A stretch of 64,000 bases of DNA, taken from Octopus sinensis (lineage: Eukaryota). Shown one piece after another: positions 38,707 through 51,499 of the stretch (position 1 is its first letter; each line of letters starts with the position of its first letter). The stretch is taken from contig NC_042998.1 of NCBI RefSeq assembly GCF_006345805.1, positions 71,300,001 through 71,364,000 of the forward strand, in the 5' to 3' direction. A model generated the notes under the pieces. That model had not been told where the DNA came from. It ran no database searches and saw only the letters and a list, made by a program, of their open reading frames with translations. Position numbers and translations under genes: made by a program.

Positions 38707-39110
38707 GGCGCAGGAGTGGCTGTGTGGTAAGTAGCTTGCTAACCAACCACATGGTTCCGGGTTCAGTCCCACTGCGTGGCATCTTGGGCAAGTGTCTTCT
38801 GCTATAGCCCCGGGCCGACCAATGTCTTGTGAGTGGATTTGGCAGACGGAAACTGAAAGAAGCCTGTCGTATATATGTATATATATATGTGTATGTGTGT
38901 GTGTGTGTTTGTCCCCCTAGCATTGCTTGACAACCGATGCTGGTGTGTTTACGTCCCCGTTACTTAGTGGTTCGGCAAAAAAGACCGATAGAATAAGTAC
39001 TGGGTTTACAAAGAATAGGTCCCGGGGTCGATTTGCTCGACTAAAGGCGGTGCTCCAGCATGGCCGCAGTCAAATGACTGAAACAAGTAAAAGAGTGAAA
39101 CAAGTAAAAG
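38706..39110 (+). mobile_element. CORE-type tRNA-derived SINE (family D, resembling octopus OR SINEs)
   Basis: Head ggcgcaggagtggctgtgtggtaag...gggttcagtccc; core cttgggcaagtgtcttc (MIR/CORE-like); internal TA/TG microsatellite; tail ...gactgaaacaagtaaaaga. Confidence 0.9.
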
Positions 39111-39799
39111 ATATATAAATATATATATCCTATCAGACCTGGTGGAAGATGAATTCAGCCCTATTTCAAATATCTGAGACCTGCCAAATATTCCAATCGT
39201 GCCCATAAAAGTCCATAGATATCTTAGGGCCTAAAGCAAAATAATATGCTCAATCTATCGGCCTTGGGCGGAAAGAATAAAATAATTTCTCTATCTGCAT
39301 CAAAATTTAAATCTAGGAAAAAGACATCTTGAAAAATTGTAGCTTGGTTACTTTCTGAACATCTTTCTGAATTAAGATTAGGAAAGTTTGATTCTACCTG
39401 ATTCCATCCTGTAGTGTGCAAGAGCTTAAAAGTTATCTTTTAAATTAGTAATTAAAAGCCTGTCTCCAATGTGTCTCGACAGAGACTCGTTTTTTATCTT
39501 GCCTTATTTTCTTTTTCCGATTTCTTTTTTGTTATTGATTTTAGTTCATACTATGGAAAACATTGATATCACCCAAATTAAATGTCTTGAATAAAGACTA
39601 GTTAATAAGTATACATGATTTATTGTATTTTAAAAATTGAAAAATTCAGTGTATTTCTTGCGCATTTAAACCACATAAATTACGTAAAATTTTTATACAA
39701 AATTTTGCCTCACATTATACAATTTCCTTCATACTACGCTTTCATGACAAATATATAATTATTTATCATATAGAGATCATATATGAACACGAACTCTAT

Positions 39800-41000
39800 T
39801 GCTTTGTCATTCCGCAATCGGTTCAGATCACAGCTTAATGAATAGGGTACTTTAATTTTTTTAGCACGAGATACCCTTGCCATACACTCTTAAGCTTTGG
39901 AAATAAAGTATCTCATCCGTTTTTACAAATCTTATGTTTGCTGCCTTTGGCTTTGGAAACCAGTGTGTTTTTGCATAGAGGCATCTGAAACTGCTGCTAC
40001 TGTCAGCTCTGCTTTGTAATTTTTATTCGCCATTGGATGAAAGAAAGTTCAAATTCTTTCTTAAGGGTACTGCTTTCGGAAATATGAAACACTTTGCCTA
40101 ACGCTACTCGACTTTATTAATCACCATCCACTCTTTTGAGACACTTTTATTTAAACCACAATGAGAGTTATTAATCAGAAAACTGACTATCCATGCACAA
40201 ATCTTGTAAATTTCATCTCAGTCTTCTCGAACTATTGCCAATACAATAATACAGTATATCCGCTTGTCATTCTAATCGCTGTCCCGCAACCAAGAGGGAT
40301 ATACATACGAAACTACTACTGATAAATCTGCTGTCATTGCTTCCAAGTTATAAACTATATAAACTCAGATGCGTCCGGAAACACTTCTTTCCGACAAACA
40401 CAAACATAAAGTTGCCAAATAGGAAGACAGACATCTCCCTTAATCTAAGACATTATTACTAATACATACATTGTCCCCAGTTATGTCACTTGCCTTTAAC
40501 ATATGCTTCAACAAGTCTTTCATACAGCACTTACTTTTAATAAACCCTTTAATAATAAAGTTCTGTTTCAACATGTAACAATGGTCCTCATTTTTTGAAA
40601 GGACACACTTTATCTCAAAGTTTATGAAAACATCCTTAAACACTAAAGCTATATTTTTTCTCAAACGTTTTGTTGCTTTATGGCTTTACTAATTACAGCT
40701 GTTACATGCTCTTACATGCTGTCCTTTACCAGGCTGCAGATTTCCTTCTCTTTAGAATACTAAATCAATTTTGCTACGGTAATTAAGCAAAGATTTCGAT
40801 AGTGACAAATATAAAGCCTTAGTGAAACATTGCTTCTCACTTTTATTGCATCAGAACACATTTTACAGACGGCTACGTTGCTGTATCGTGCATAGACTGA
40901 TCTACTTTCACTTTTGTGCAAAGTATACACCTCATATTCTTCCAGTAAATTAGAAACATATAATCCCTCACTCCTCAATATACGCACATATGCGAGCATG
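39800..41000 (-). mobile_element. Ancient hAT (Ac/ZBED1-like) transposase remnant with a BED-finger-like motif
   Basis: ORF 40760-40999 contains AVCKMCSDAIKVRSNVSLRLYICHYR; ORF 40440-40664 contains MKDLLKHMLKASDITGD. Heavily degraded. Confidence 0.4.
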
Positions 41001-41589
41001 TAGAAGTGATACTACACTCCACCTATTGGCAATCTGTACAAAAAAATGTATTCCGCACACTGCAATAGTACTGTACGCCAAATATACACTTCTCCCATCA
41101 TATCTCTCGGCCTTCCCAAGAGGTAATATAATATAGTTCCATACACAATCATAATTGTTTATTTTCACATCAAAAAATAAATAAATATATGCAGAGCAGT
41201 AGAAATATCAAACAACGCAAATTCCTACGACATTTCATGAAAACTTTAAATTTATGACATTATCAAACTATATCTCAGTGATACGCTCCAAGCCCTGGGC
41301 AAGAAATGCATTAGGTTTTATCAGTCGACTGGTCCTCTAAACAAGCTTAGCGTTATCTCCAATGAATGAGGCATATATATAAAACCATGCAGTTGTTATC
41401 AACAAATACATTAGAACGTTTCCCTTTAAAAGCCATAATGTTGATCAAAAGTCCATTTACGAACACACTGCACAAACGCCTTTTCGTCTCCCTCATTTTC
41501 CTTCCGGTCTTTCAAAATGTGACCGCGTGTGTACCGTTGGCGATTTTTTTTCCTCTGTCTTCCCTTCTCTGGATCTTTCCTTCTCCTAT

Positions 41590-41624
41590 GTTTCCGACGA
41601 AGAGCTCCGCTCGAAACGTTAAAC
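41590..41624 (+). ncRNA. Minimal type I hammerhead ribozyme motif (U4C variant)
   Basis: gttt-CCGACGA-a-gagc(tcc)gctc-GAAA-cgtt-aaac: stems I and II pair, and stem III is the palindrome AACGTT. Confidence 0.6.
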
Positions 41625-41719
41625 CCTCCTTCTTTCCTTCTTTCCTGAGCGTCCAATAATACTATAATTGTTCCACATCTTCGCGTTGTTGTGTTTTTTT
41701 TGTGCTTTCTTGTTTGGAT

Positions 41720-41759
<40 letters not shown>

Positions 41760-42941
41760 GTGACAGTTTTTCGGTAGCCATGATTAAGTTTCGAGTTTCG
41801 GATGTCGGGGCGGAAACCCACGCCGACACCTCTTCATTTATAGGGCCATCAAAAATGCTATAAAAATGACCGTTAAAGAAATGGAAATTACTCTGTGATT
41901 GACCGTTATTAAGACAAAAGAGCTATTAGAATGACCACTAGGTGAGGGGAGGGAGTAAAGGTAAGAGAGTAAAAATGTTCATAGCAATCCCGTAAGCGCG
42001 TATGTCCATACATACACATGCGAGCCCGCACACTCACGTACATGTACCTATGTGTATATACTCATCCACCCTCACTTGAAACACACACATGCTCACCAAC
42101 ACATTCACCAAAAAATATGTATATACATATCCGCATACACGCTCGCACACATACACACGCGTACAAAAAAGGTTCATACACACGTCGATATAGGGACATG
42201 CACAAGGAAAAAACTGGGCTAAAGGCAAAATACTGAGGAAATAATAAAAGTGTAAAGAATTAGCAATAAGAATAAAAAGTAAAGGAATAAATATGCTCAT
42301 GGCATAAGGCCTTAAAAGATAGTGGACTTAGCGAGGAAATAACATATACACCTGCCACCAGTCCAATAATTAAGAAAAGCATAGGAATAGGAAAAGTATC
42401 TGGTTCACACACCCCTACTCACTCGAAGTGAGCTTTAATATAGGCAAATACTTCTTAGCACTGATAGATAGACATTTTCCAGTTAACCATAATTACAGAA
42501 AGCCCTTCAATAGACATAACTTAGAAATCCGTTTCAGCACAACTAATAATTTGAAATATATAATCACGCACAACACACAAAAAATACAAAATTAAACCAA
42601 CTGTTCATGCAAGGATAAAAAGTTGTGCCCGCTAAATGGAGCTTGCATGTCCTAGACCATCATTTATGAAGTCACCGTGGACTCTATATCCACTAAGGAC
42701 ACGGTTTCGACGAAGGAATACGTGGGCCTTAAAGAGGGTGATATCAAGGACAGATTCAATAATCACACCTGAGCTTCAGGCACTAAGATAAAATGAAAAT
42801 GACCCAATTATCCAGTCATATATGGCCCTTAAAAGATAAAGGTGTCAGTTACAACATCATTTGGAAGACCTTAGTCAAGTGTAAGCCCTACACCAACGGC
42901 AGTGGCACGTGCGGTATTTGCGTTATGGAAAGATGGCTCAT

Positions 42942-42950
<9 letters not shown>
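41760..42950 (+). mobile_element. Penelope-like element remnant encoding a GIY-YIG endonuclease region
   Basis: Translation near 42390-42940: IWFTHPYSLEVSFNIGKYFLALIDRHFP...IIYEV...EYVGLKEGDIKDRFNNH...TQLSSHIWPLKDKGVSYNIIWK...CGICVMER. Confidence 0.75.
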
Positions 42951-43032
<82 letters not shown>

Positions 43033-44050
43033 ATGCTTAAATACATAAATGCAGCGTGGCCATAAGGAATTTTATCAGTGGCAAAACTCCCAGATAACTG
43101 CTCGCAAACAGTATTTAGTATGAAACACTGACCTTTATATACATATGCATTGGTTTCTATGTTTGCGTTTGCGTGTGTATGTGTATGTGTGCTTGTATGT
43201 GTGTGTGTATGTGGGCATGTGTGTGTGTGTGTGTAAGTAAACGTAAATAAATAGGTAGGTAACTATATAGGTAGGACCATAAGTGGTTGTGTTGAAATCC
43301 ATGTTAGATAACTAAATATCTGTTAAGAAAACACCTGATTGATGATCACTCGTGTGAATGGGCACGAATATGAGCAGCAAGGAGAGTGAATAAAATAAGT
43401 GCATTGTCAAAGAGATACCGAGCAACTGAGCGAGCAGTAAACACAAACAAACGGGGAAAAGGAGGAGGCAAAGGGTAATGCGAAGGGAATGCAAAGGGAA
43501 ACAGAAACGCTTTGAAGTGTTTAGTCAAACATATATCGATACTAATGTCTATCGTCTTTTCTTTTTACTCAATACTTGCTTGAGAATAAGTGAACAAACC
43601 CTCGTCTTCAAGGGATGACAGAAACTAAACACAAAACATCAGCTACAAATAAAAATACGTATATACATATATATATATATATATACATACGAGAGTACAC
43701 ATATATAAGTATGGGAGTGTTTTTGTTGTGTTAAAGTTCATGTGTTCGTTCATATATGCGTATGTTGGTTTGACGAAGAAAACCTGAACTATCTTTTTTA
43801 AACGTTCTATTTGCTGAGAAAATGAAGTAGTTTGCTTTGTTTATAGTGTTTTATTTGTACGTACTCAATCTTTTAGACAGTTGATTCAAGATTTTCATAT
43901 AAATAGATTGATGAAATTATTTGATTTGTTGAAATTAATACGTTTTCCTATGAGGCGGCAGCAGATGGTTTTGAGTTTACAAAGACGAATAACATTTATC
44001 ACCAAAAGAATTATATTTTTAGTGTCATAAATATTTAAGTTGTTAGATTA

Positions 44051-44296
44051 TCAGAAATCTATAGCTGCAACTAAACCTATTTCCTGTTCACCTATAACTC
44101 TCTTATGATCTTTTATAAAACTACTTCTACCACAGCAAAATAAACTGAAGGCAAATAAAGTTAACCCTAGTAATGTCGAGAACTTCAAACCATGATATTG
44201 TAATATCTGCATGAATATATAATCTGTACAATTACACTCATTAAAATAAATGAATTCGATAGGCCAATAAGGGTTCTCCAACAGTCTCTTTATAAT
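44051..44296 (-). other. Candidate terminal exon of an unidentified gene
   Basis: Strong acceptor ttgtgtttttcttttctag at 44297; phase 0 stays open for about 81 codons. No recognised homology. Confidence 0.2.
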
Positions 44297-44357
44297 CTAG
44301 AAAAGAAAAACACAAATAAACAATTAATATGCGACTGTATAACAGAGACAGAATATA

Positions 44358-44590
44358 TATTTCTTTACTACCCACAAGGGGCTAAACATAGAGCGGACAA
44401 TCAAGGACATACAAAGGGATTAAGTCGATTACATCGACCCAAGTGCATAACTGGTACTTAATTATCGACCCCGTAAGGATGAAAGGCAAAGTGGACCTCG
44501 GCGGAATTTGAACTCGGAACGTAACGACAGACGAAATATCGTTAAGCATTTTGCCCGGCGCGCTAACGTTTCTGCCAGCTCGCCGCCTTG
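44358..44590 (-). mobile_element. Young SINE (family A head, family B tail) with a 15-bp TSD
   Basis: TSD cagagacagaatata at 44343-44357 and 44591-44605; tail ...gtttagccccttgtgggtagtaaagaaata. Confidence 0.92.
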
Positions 44591-46046
44591 CAGAGACAGA
44601 ATATAACTGAGCAAAAGGATATGAATGGACGGCATAAACGGTATGTCTTTCATCATTGTTACTCTAGGAGATCTGATCCAATAACAACAATAAAGATATG
44701 AAGAAAGGTATGTTTCATATCTGAAGTTGTCTGTTCATGTATGAAATGGCAGAAGTCCCAGGTTCGGCGTTGTTTTCGTTGTTTAGCTGGAGTAATTAAA
44801 TTAATATTAATCAGTATCTTTGCATTATGGCAGAAATATTTCTAATTATCCTTTTATTGCGAACCGCATTATATGAAGTAATATTGACTTCACTATTCTG
44901 TTTTGGTATCGATAAAATTATAATGCAATTTCTGTTGGTGATTGTGCGACGTAATTGTTAACTAAATTAATGACGACATCGACAAGATTGACGATACTAT
45001 TTATGTTGAATTTGCAAGCGAATTAAGTAAGTATATATATGTGGAAGACATGTTCAATGGTTCGAACGATAGAACAAATACAAGTAACACTACGTAAATT
45101 ACTGTGTTTTGCATACAATACTTGAAGAATATAAAAGATGTAATCTGAATGGAGAATACTCAGAGGCACAACGCAAGGTAATAGAAATATGAAAGACAAG
45201 TAAATCATTGAATTTTTGCTTAGGGATTAAAACAAATTGTTCACTAGAAAGCTATTGTTGAATTATCAATAGCTAAAATGTGTTCATTCACGCACAGGCA
45301 TTGGTTCCCTCACTTAAACATAAAATCACCCATACTGAATAATACGATCTTTAGCTTTTACTGTTGAAATATTTAAAATCTGCACTTTAAAATATTTCTC
45401 ATGTTTCTAATTTTCTGATTCATGTTCTTGTGTGCATATTTAATTATTGTTTAAAACACTACCAAATAACTTCGCTATTACATCTGGGTTGCAGTCTGTG
45501 CTTAGCTAAAATAGAAATGATATGAAGTTATTTTCGTGAGCAGACAGACGATCAATCCTCACCGCTTAGTCTTAAAAAAAAGCTGCACTATTAATCAATA
45601 GCACGAAGAAGTAGAGAATCTTTCAGGGCAAGATAAAATGAATACATGTGCTTTACAGTGGAATTGGAGTTCTGTGAATCCCCAGAGGAGAAACTCTTCA
45701 TTAGTCTTGGATGTCTACATAGAAATCTCAAAGAAAAAAGTAGTTAATACAACAGCTGCATCTATCAAATGTTGCATCTCTTTCTTTCGAATAAAAGATT
45801 TGATTTACATGTTGATAGGACGTCGATTAACTTCATGTTGAACAGAAATCAAAATATTAGGACTAAAATTATGAAGGAGTCACTTGACCTTACATTTCTT
45901 TGTCGAGATTTTTCTTGCACAACAGTATTGTGTCCTCCTTTTCTTTTCTTTGGATATTACACTTCACATGACAGAAGCTGTTTTATTTCTTCTAAACAGA
46001 AATCATGTATCATATGAATGTCGTAACTGGTCGCTTGACTACTTAC

Positions 46047-46087
46047 CTTTCTGCCAGAAATGGTCGGAGTGAGAATTATATTTTCCT
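46047..46087 (-). other. Candidate 41-nt internal exon
   Basis: Acceptor aattttccag and donor AAG/gtaagt; two of three frames are open. Confidence 0.25.
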
Positions 46088-48439
46088 CTGGAAAATTGTA
46101 AAATTATCTATTCCCGTTTCTTCGAAATATAGATGCACGCTAAATTCGCCTTTCCCAAGGCAATGTTAAAGACACACATCTGTAAGGACACTAATTCAAG
46201 TAAACACAATGGAACTATTGTAATAAAATAACCAATCTGCTCACATTAGTTTTCATATATATCGTGAAAACACTTTGTTCTTTCAGGCGAACCCTTAGTT
46301 AAGAATGATACTAGATACAATAATACTGCTCTGAAAAAGGTAAGAACATTCTAAAAATTGTCAGTTACTTTTTAACATAAACGTATTGTTAAAATACGTC
46401 TAAAGTTATAAACTCAAATACTCCAGGCTAGACAACAGCCAATAACCTCGGTGCTGCGTCATTCGGCTAGCATTACAATAGGCTTTCTTACCATCAAACG
46501 CATACTCACTCTTGCACCTGAATACCTCATAAAATTATAACTTCACAAACAAAATCATGGAGGAAACAAGGTAAACCATACGTGTTGTAGACGTTTCATT
46601 GTTGAGGTTGTGAATGTTGATTGAGGGATCATTAAAAATTACGAAGAAGCCTTTGGCATTTCCATTATTCACTCCTGGGACGATGTCACCATGGTCCCGA
46701 TGTATGCCATGTCAACAACACAACATGCTTTGAAGAGATTTTTCTCAGAGATAGAAACAACAGCATCATACAAATCAGTGGTATATATACGTTACGTATA
46801 ATACGCAGGTGGCATACACACATACACGAAAGCAGTGCTAATACACATGCCATACCAAGTCTATAAAATTAAAGTTTATGTGTTACAACAACATCTCGCA
46901 TGATGTAAAACGCTACATTTCCTACATCGAACTTGTGGTGGGGAAATCTGTATCATTATATGTTGTGTCGAAATAAAAGTAACAAAACAAATTTGTATCA
47001 AAATAAAAGTAGCAGTACAATAGTCGATTTTATCTCACATATTGTAGATGAAACTAAGATAAGGATGATTTTCTGAAGTTTATTGCTCCAAGCAACCTCT
47101 GATTCATACGCAGTATTATAATGGTTGTGACTGATGTCTTCTATTCAAGCCGACCTCATATAGGCACGCTGTGGGCTTGCGTGTATTGACAATGAGTACA
47201 CTAAAATTTCTTTAAGTTTCCAGATGCCTTATTTACTACAGTAGTGTATTTGCACACGTAGATTCAATGAATTAATGTTGTGCACATGTTTCAGGGCTTA
47301 TGAACCATTGCATATGATGAATATTCTTTAAATGACATTACTAAGTAAGGGAATGTAAATAAGGGAATGACATGCGAATTGAGAGAAGACCGGCAAACCT
47401 GTACACATTCTAAAGTAGCTGTCTAACATTGCTGAATTTGCCAGGCAAATAAGTGAGAAATGTTGAAGACTATCATATGAGAAAACAGGAAATGGATCCG
47501 TGCCAGTCTGGGATAGATGTGCTCCAAGTTGAATTTTCCCGCCTGAAAAACTGTGGTAGGAATACTTGCATACTTCCTTTGAAAATTCTGTCTCAGCCAT
47601 CAATATATATCAGCACTTATTGGTAAAACGATATTCGCGTCGGCGTTAATATCTTTCATGGCAACATCTTTCTTATTTATAGAAAAATAAATTAGGTCGT
47701 GATTCTAGGTTGGAAAAGATATGAGAACTATGGTTAGAACCTTAGCCCGACACCCCGCTACAGTTATCTCCTTACAGTGAGTGTACTATACTGTAAACGA
47801 AACGAAAGTACGTAGAAAAATGAAGGAAGTAACTTGCACAATAAAATCAAGTACAATATATATCTCCTCCCAAGTATATTATAGAAATTTACCGAAAACG
47901 TAAGTGAAAAACTTTCACTGTCGTAACAGAAAAATGAATGTACATAATATTCATAAACAACCAGAATAAATCGCAAAATACTCATACTCCAATATACATA
48001 GAAAATATCAAAACAGAAAAATGTAAATGATAGATTTTTTTCTGTAGAAACAATAGCTCGTGTGCTAAGACTGTTTACATTTATGAGTAGTTATGATACT
48101 TTGCAAACATGTAGTTGTGCGAGGTGTATTTACCTCAATGGAAGACTTTTTTCTATTCCTGTCAATAAGTGAGATAATTTGTGAAGAGTAAGAAGCAGTT
48201 AAGCGTCTATGTTGAAGAAATGGAAAAAGAATAAAGATTATGTATGACCATTAGAAAAATCTCACTAACTATGCCACGTTGAAGCAGGCAGAGGAACAAA
48301 CGGAATTCTAAAGAAAATATCACAAAATCCTTTCGTTGCAAAAGTTCTTCGTCTACTTTTTGTTTCTTAGGAATGCTTATCAATTAAATAGAATCACTTG
48401 AATGGAAAGAATTCACATGAACTCGGGGGAAGGCATCAA

Positions 48440-48935
48440 TTAATAGAGCCCTCGACAGCTCATATAGTTTCGGCCTGTTTCAAATACTTCGAAATTAGAA
48501 CATGTACGTGTTTTCAATATATGTTTAAAAGATATATACAAAACAACTATAACTGCACAGTAAAACAATTGCTGAATGCTGGCATAATCCTTGCCTTCAG
48601 TTTAAAGTTGGTGTTACAAGGAATTTTGTTGGTCTCTTGCTTAACTGCTCCCCACACATAATAATCAAAGGAGGTTGCAGTTTGAGGAGTTAGGTGGCCA
48701 GATGTTAGGGGTGATGAGACTGCAGAAATTGTCTGACAGCCATGCCTATGTTCTCCTGCTTGTGTGGCATGGTGCAGAGTCCCGTTGCCAGACATAGGGT
48801 CTCCCAGCAGAAACCCCCTTGATTCAGGGCAGCACTTGGTGTAGGCTTCCGTGTCGAGTCTGAGGCTCTATGGGAAGATGAATGGAGGCATAACGTTGCC
48901 TTCACTAGTAATAACTCAAAACACGATTATGTTGA
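48440..48935 (-). mobile_element. maT/DD37D-like (Bmmar1-type) transposase C-terminal fragment
   Basis: GNVMPPFIFP, PYVWQRDSAPCHTSRRT and a frameshifted WPPNSSNCNL..DYYVWGAV, resembling WPPNSPDLNPLDYYVW. Confidence 0.7.
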
Positions 48936-49228
48936 CTGGATGATTGATTTTTATCAATCTCGGTACATGTCCTCAGATTGCACTGTCCTCGGTTTGACAC
49001 ACAAACACTCTGAAATATTCGTATTGGAGCTTCAAGCGCGAATGCCAATTAGTGCAGTATGTCATTTCGAAATTTCTGTCAGAGTGAATTGCGCCATGGT
49101 GCTGCTTTTCTCACAGACGGTGCCGAACCGATTCTACCATACTGTGTAGTTGACAAAATCAAAAGCCAGCAGTGTGTGTGCGGGAAATTAAAAGTATATT
49201 ATGGCGACATTGTACGCAACGTACCCTG

Positions 49229-49313
<85 letters not shown>

Positions 49314-49445
49314 CATATAATTAGAAAATGGAGAAATCCAGTTTAACCAGCATATCAGTTGGACCACATTTATAGCATATTTTTTAATATAAAACATGAC
49401 ATGACAAAATAGGTGACGTAACATATCTCTCTCTCTCTCTATATA

Positions 49446-49487
<42 letters not shown>

Positions 49488-51499
49488 ATATATTGTAATT
49501 ATGTATATAAAAACACGGACCAGAAATATACACAAATATATGTATACCTACTACACTGCGATTACGCATTTGATTAATCTGCTCGTATTACTGGTCAAAC
49601 ATGTTTCAAATCACATCATTCAGTCTGGAAATCCGAAAGAAACCTAGAAAAGATTAGTCTTAAATAAAACAACAAGTTATTGGGCCAACCTGAAAAGAAT
49701 TTGCTACATTCTTCTCGATTGTAGCTATAGTGAACTAAATAGCCACAACGTCAGGTAGAACCTCATAAGTTTAATTTTCAATGCATATTTTGCCCACTGC
49801 AGAAGAATAATATACAACTTTGATGCCTCTGGCATTTGATATTTGTGCCTATGTGTCACGCAATATAACATCTTTATTTTATCCTGCTTTCTTCGAAATC
49901 TGTCACAAATCAACCATATAAATATACTATCGCCAGCATAGAATGCGTATATTGTGATGTACATCAACATACACTCTTATATATCACACTGATGAACTGA
50001 AACCTTCGCACATGTAAGCACAATAACACTTTCAACCAAACCCAGACACTTTCTCACAAATCTAATAAAAATACTTCTTAGTTTTCTGGCAACTATTGGT
50101 TATAAGATGAAAAGAGTGAAATAATGGCATTAGAATACTGCTACTAGTGAAATATAGATTGAAAATATATAATATTTGATTGGACTTTATCTTTTATATT
50201 ATCTCCATTCTCGAAAGAAACTATGTTTAGTGCAAGAATGTTATCTCCTTATGTACTGAAATAGATCTGGAAAAAAACCCAAACAAAACAAAGCCATCGC
50301 ACAGTGGAATAATAGAACAATAATAGCTGACGTTCGGAAGAAAAGAAATGTATCAATGAAGCTTCATTCCCATATCTACAGCCATCAGCTATAAAATAGA
50401 TATTTACGACAAAAACAATAACAAACGCAGGAGAAAAAATCTATGTTATGTATTCTGATTATTTTCCTCATAAGAGCGTAACAATAATTATATTGTTGTC
50501 TTAAGAATATATTAAATAAAATTGTTAGTATAGCATCAGATTGTGAAGTGTGAGTGTAATGATACCTAATAAAGTATAGCGGTTGAAAGACTCAACTCAA
50601 AAATGTCATCTTTACATTAAGCATTTAAGGCATCGAGCCAGATGAAAGCCATTCCGCTTGAAGAACTACACATTGAAATATTATACTCAATTCAAAGTCA
50701 TTATTTACCATTATTACAACATCCTCGATCAAGCCAAAATTGGGCTGCAAGGACTCTTCTTCTAAATACATCCAAGTAACTCAGAAATGAAGTAATACAC
50801 TGTAAGACTTAATGACTAATAAAAGATGCTTTAAAAAAAGAGGGTTCTTCAGAATTCGATTCAAGTGAAGAAGGAGAAACCACTCATATACGTGGTAAAG
50901 ACATGTACTCCAATATTACGTATACATGAAATCTAAAACCTGAAACAGACGACTCTGCAAACGTTAATGCTTTTTACCAAAATATTCATTCAGGTGTAAA
51001 TCAATCGACGTAATAAATATTTCACATTTCATTCAAATATATTGCATTTCAGATAAGCACACTCTATTTCATATGAATAAGCTACTTTTCTCATAAATAC
51101 ACTCCATTCCAATTAAATACCTTACATTTCCCATATATATATGTATGCGTGTGTGTGTGTGTTTGTGTTTGTGTGTGTGGGTATGTGTGTATGTGCGTGT
51201 GTGTATGTATATATATGCAAATATATTTTATTTATATTAGTACTTGATTGAACGCCACGCATTCATTTCCAGGTAAGTCTATCTTAATTTTTTTTTTGAT
51301 ACGACTCTATACTGTTCTCCGCACTTATCGTTTTCTCTCTCATCCTTTCTCTAATTCCTTTTTTCTTCTCCTCACCGTTTTCTATCTGTTTCTCTCTTCC
51401 CGTCTTTCTCTTTTACTCCCTGTCATTGCTTAGACGTTGCCATCGTCCATCTTTCTTTTCCTCATATGATTATCTTGCTTTTCTTTCAGGGCTTTCCTA

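Noticed and set aside
41785-41845. Hammerhead-like layout on the minus strand (TAAATGA-A-long stem-GAAAC)
   Set aside because: Core differs from CUGANGA at three positions and no valid cleavage triplet with stem I is found.
47328-47603. 91-aa minus-strand ORF
   Set aside because: No homology recognised and no convincing splice or start context.
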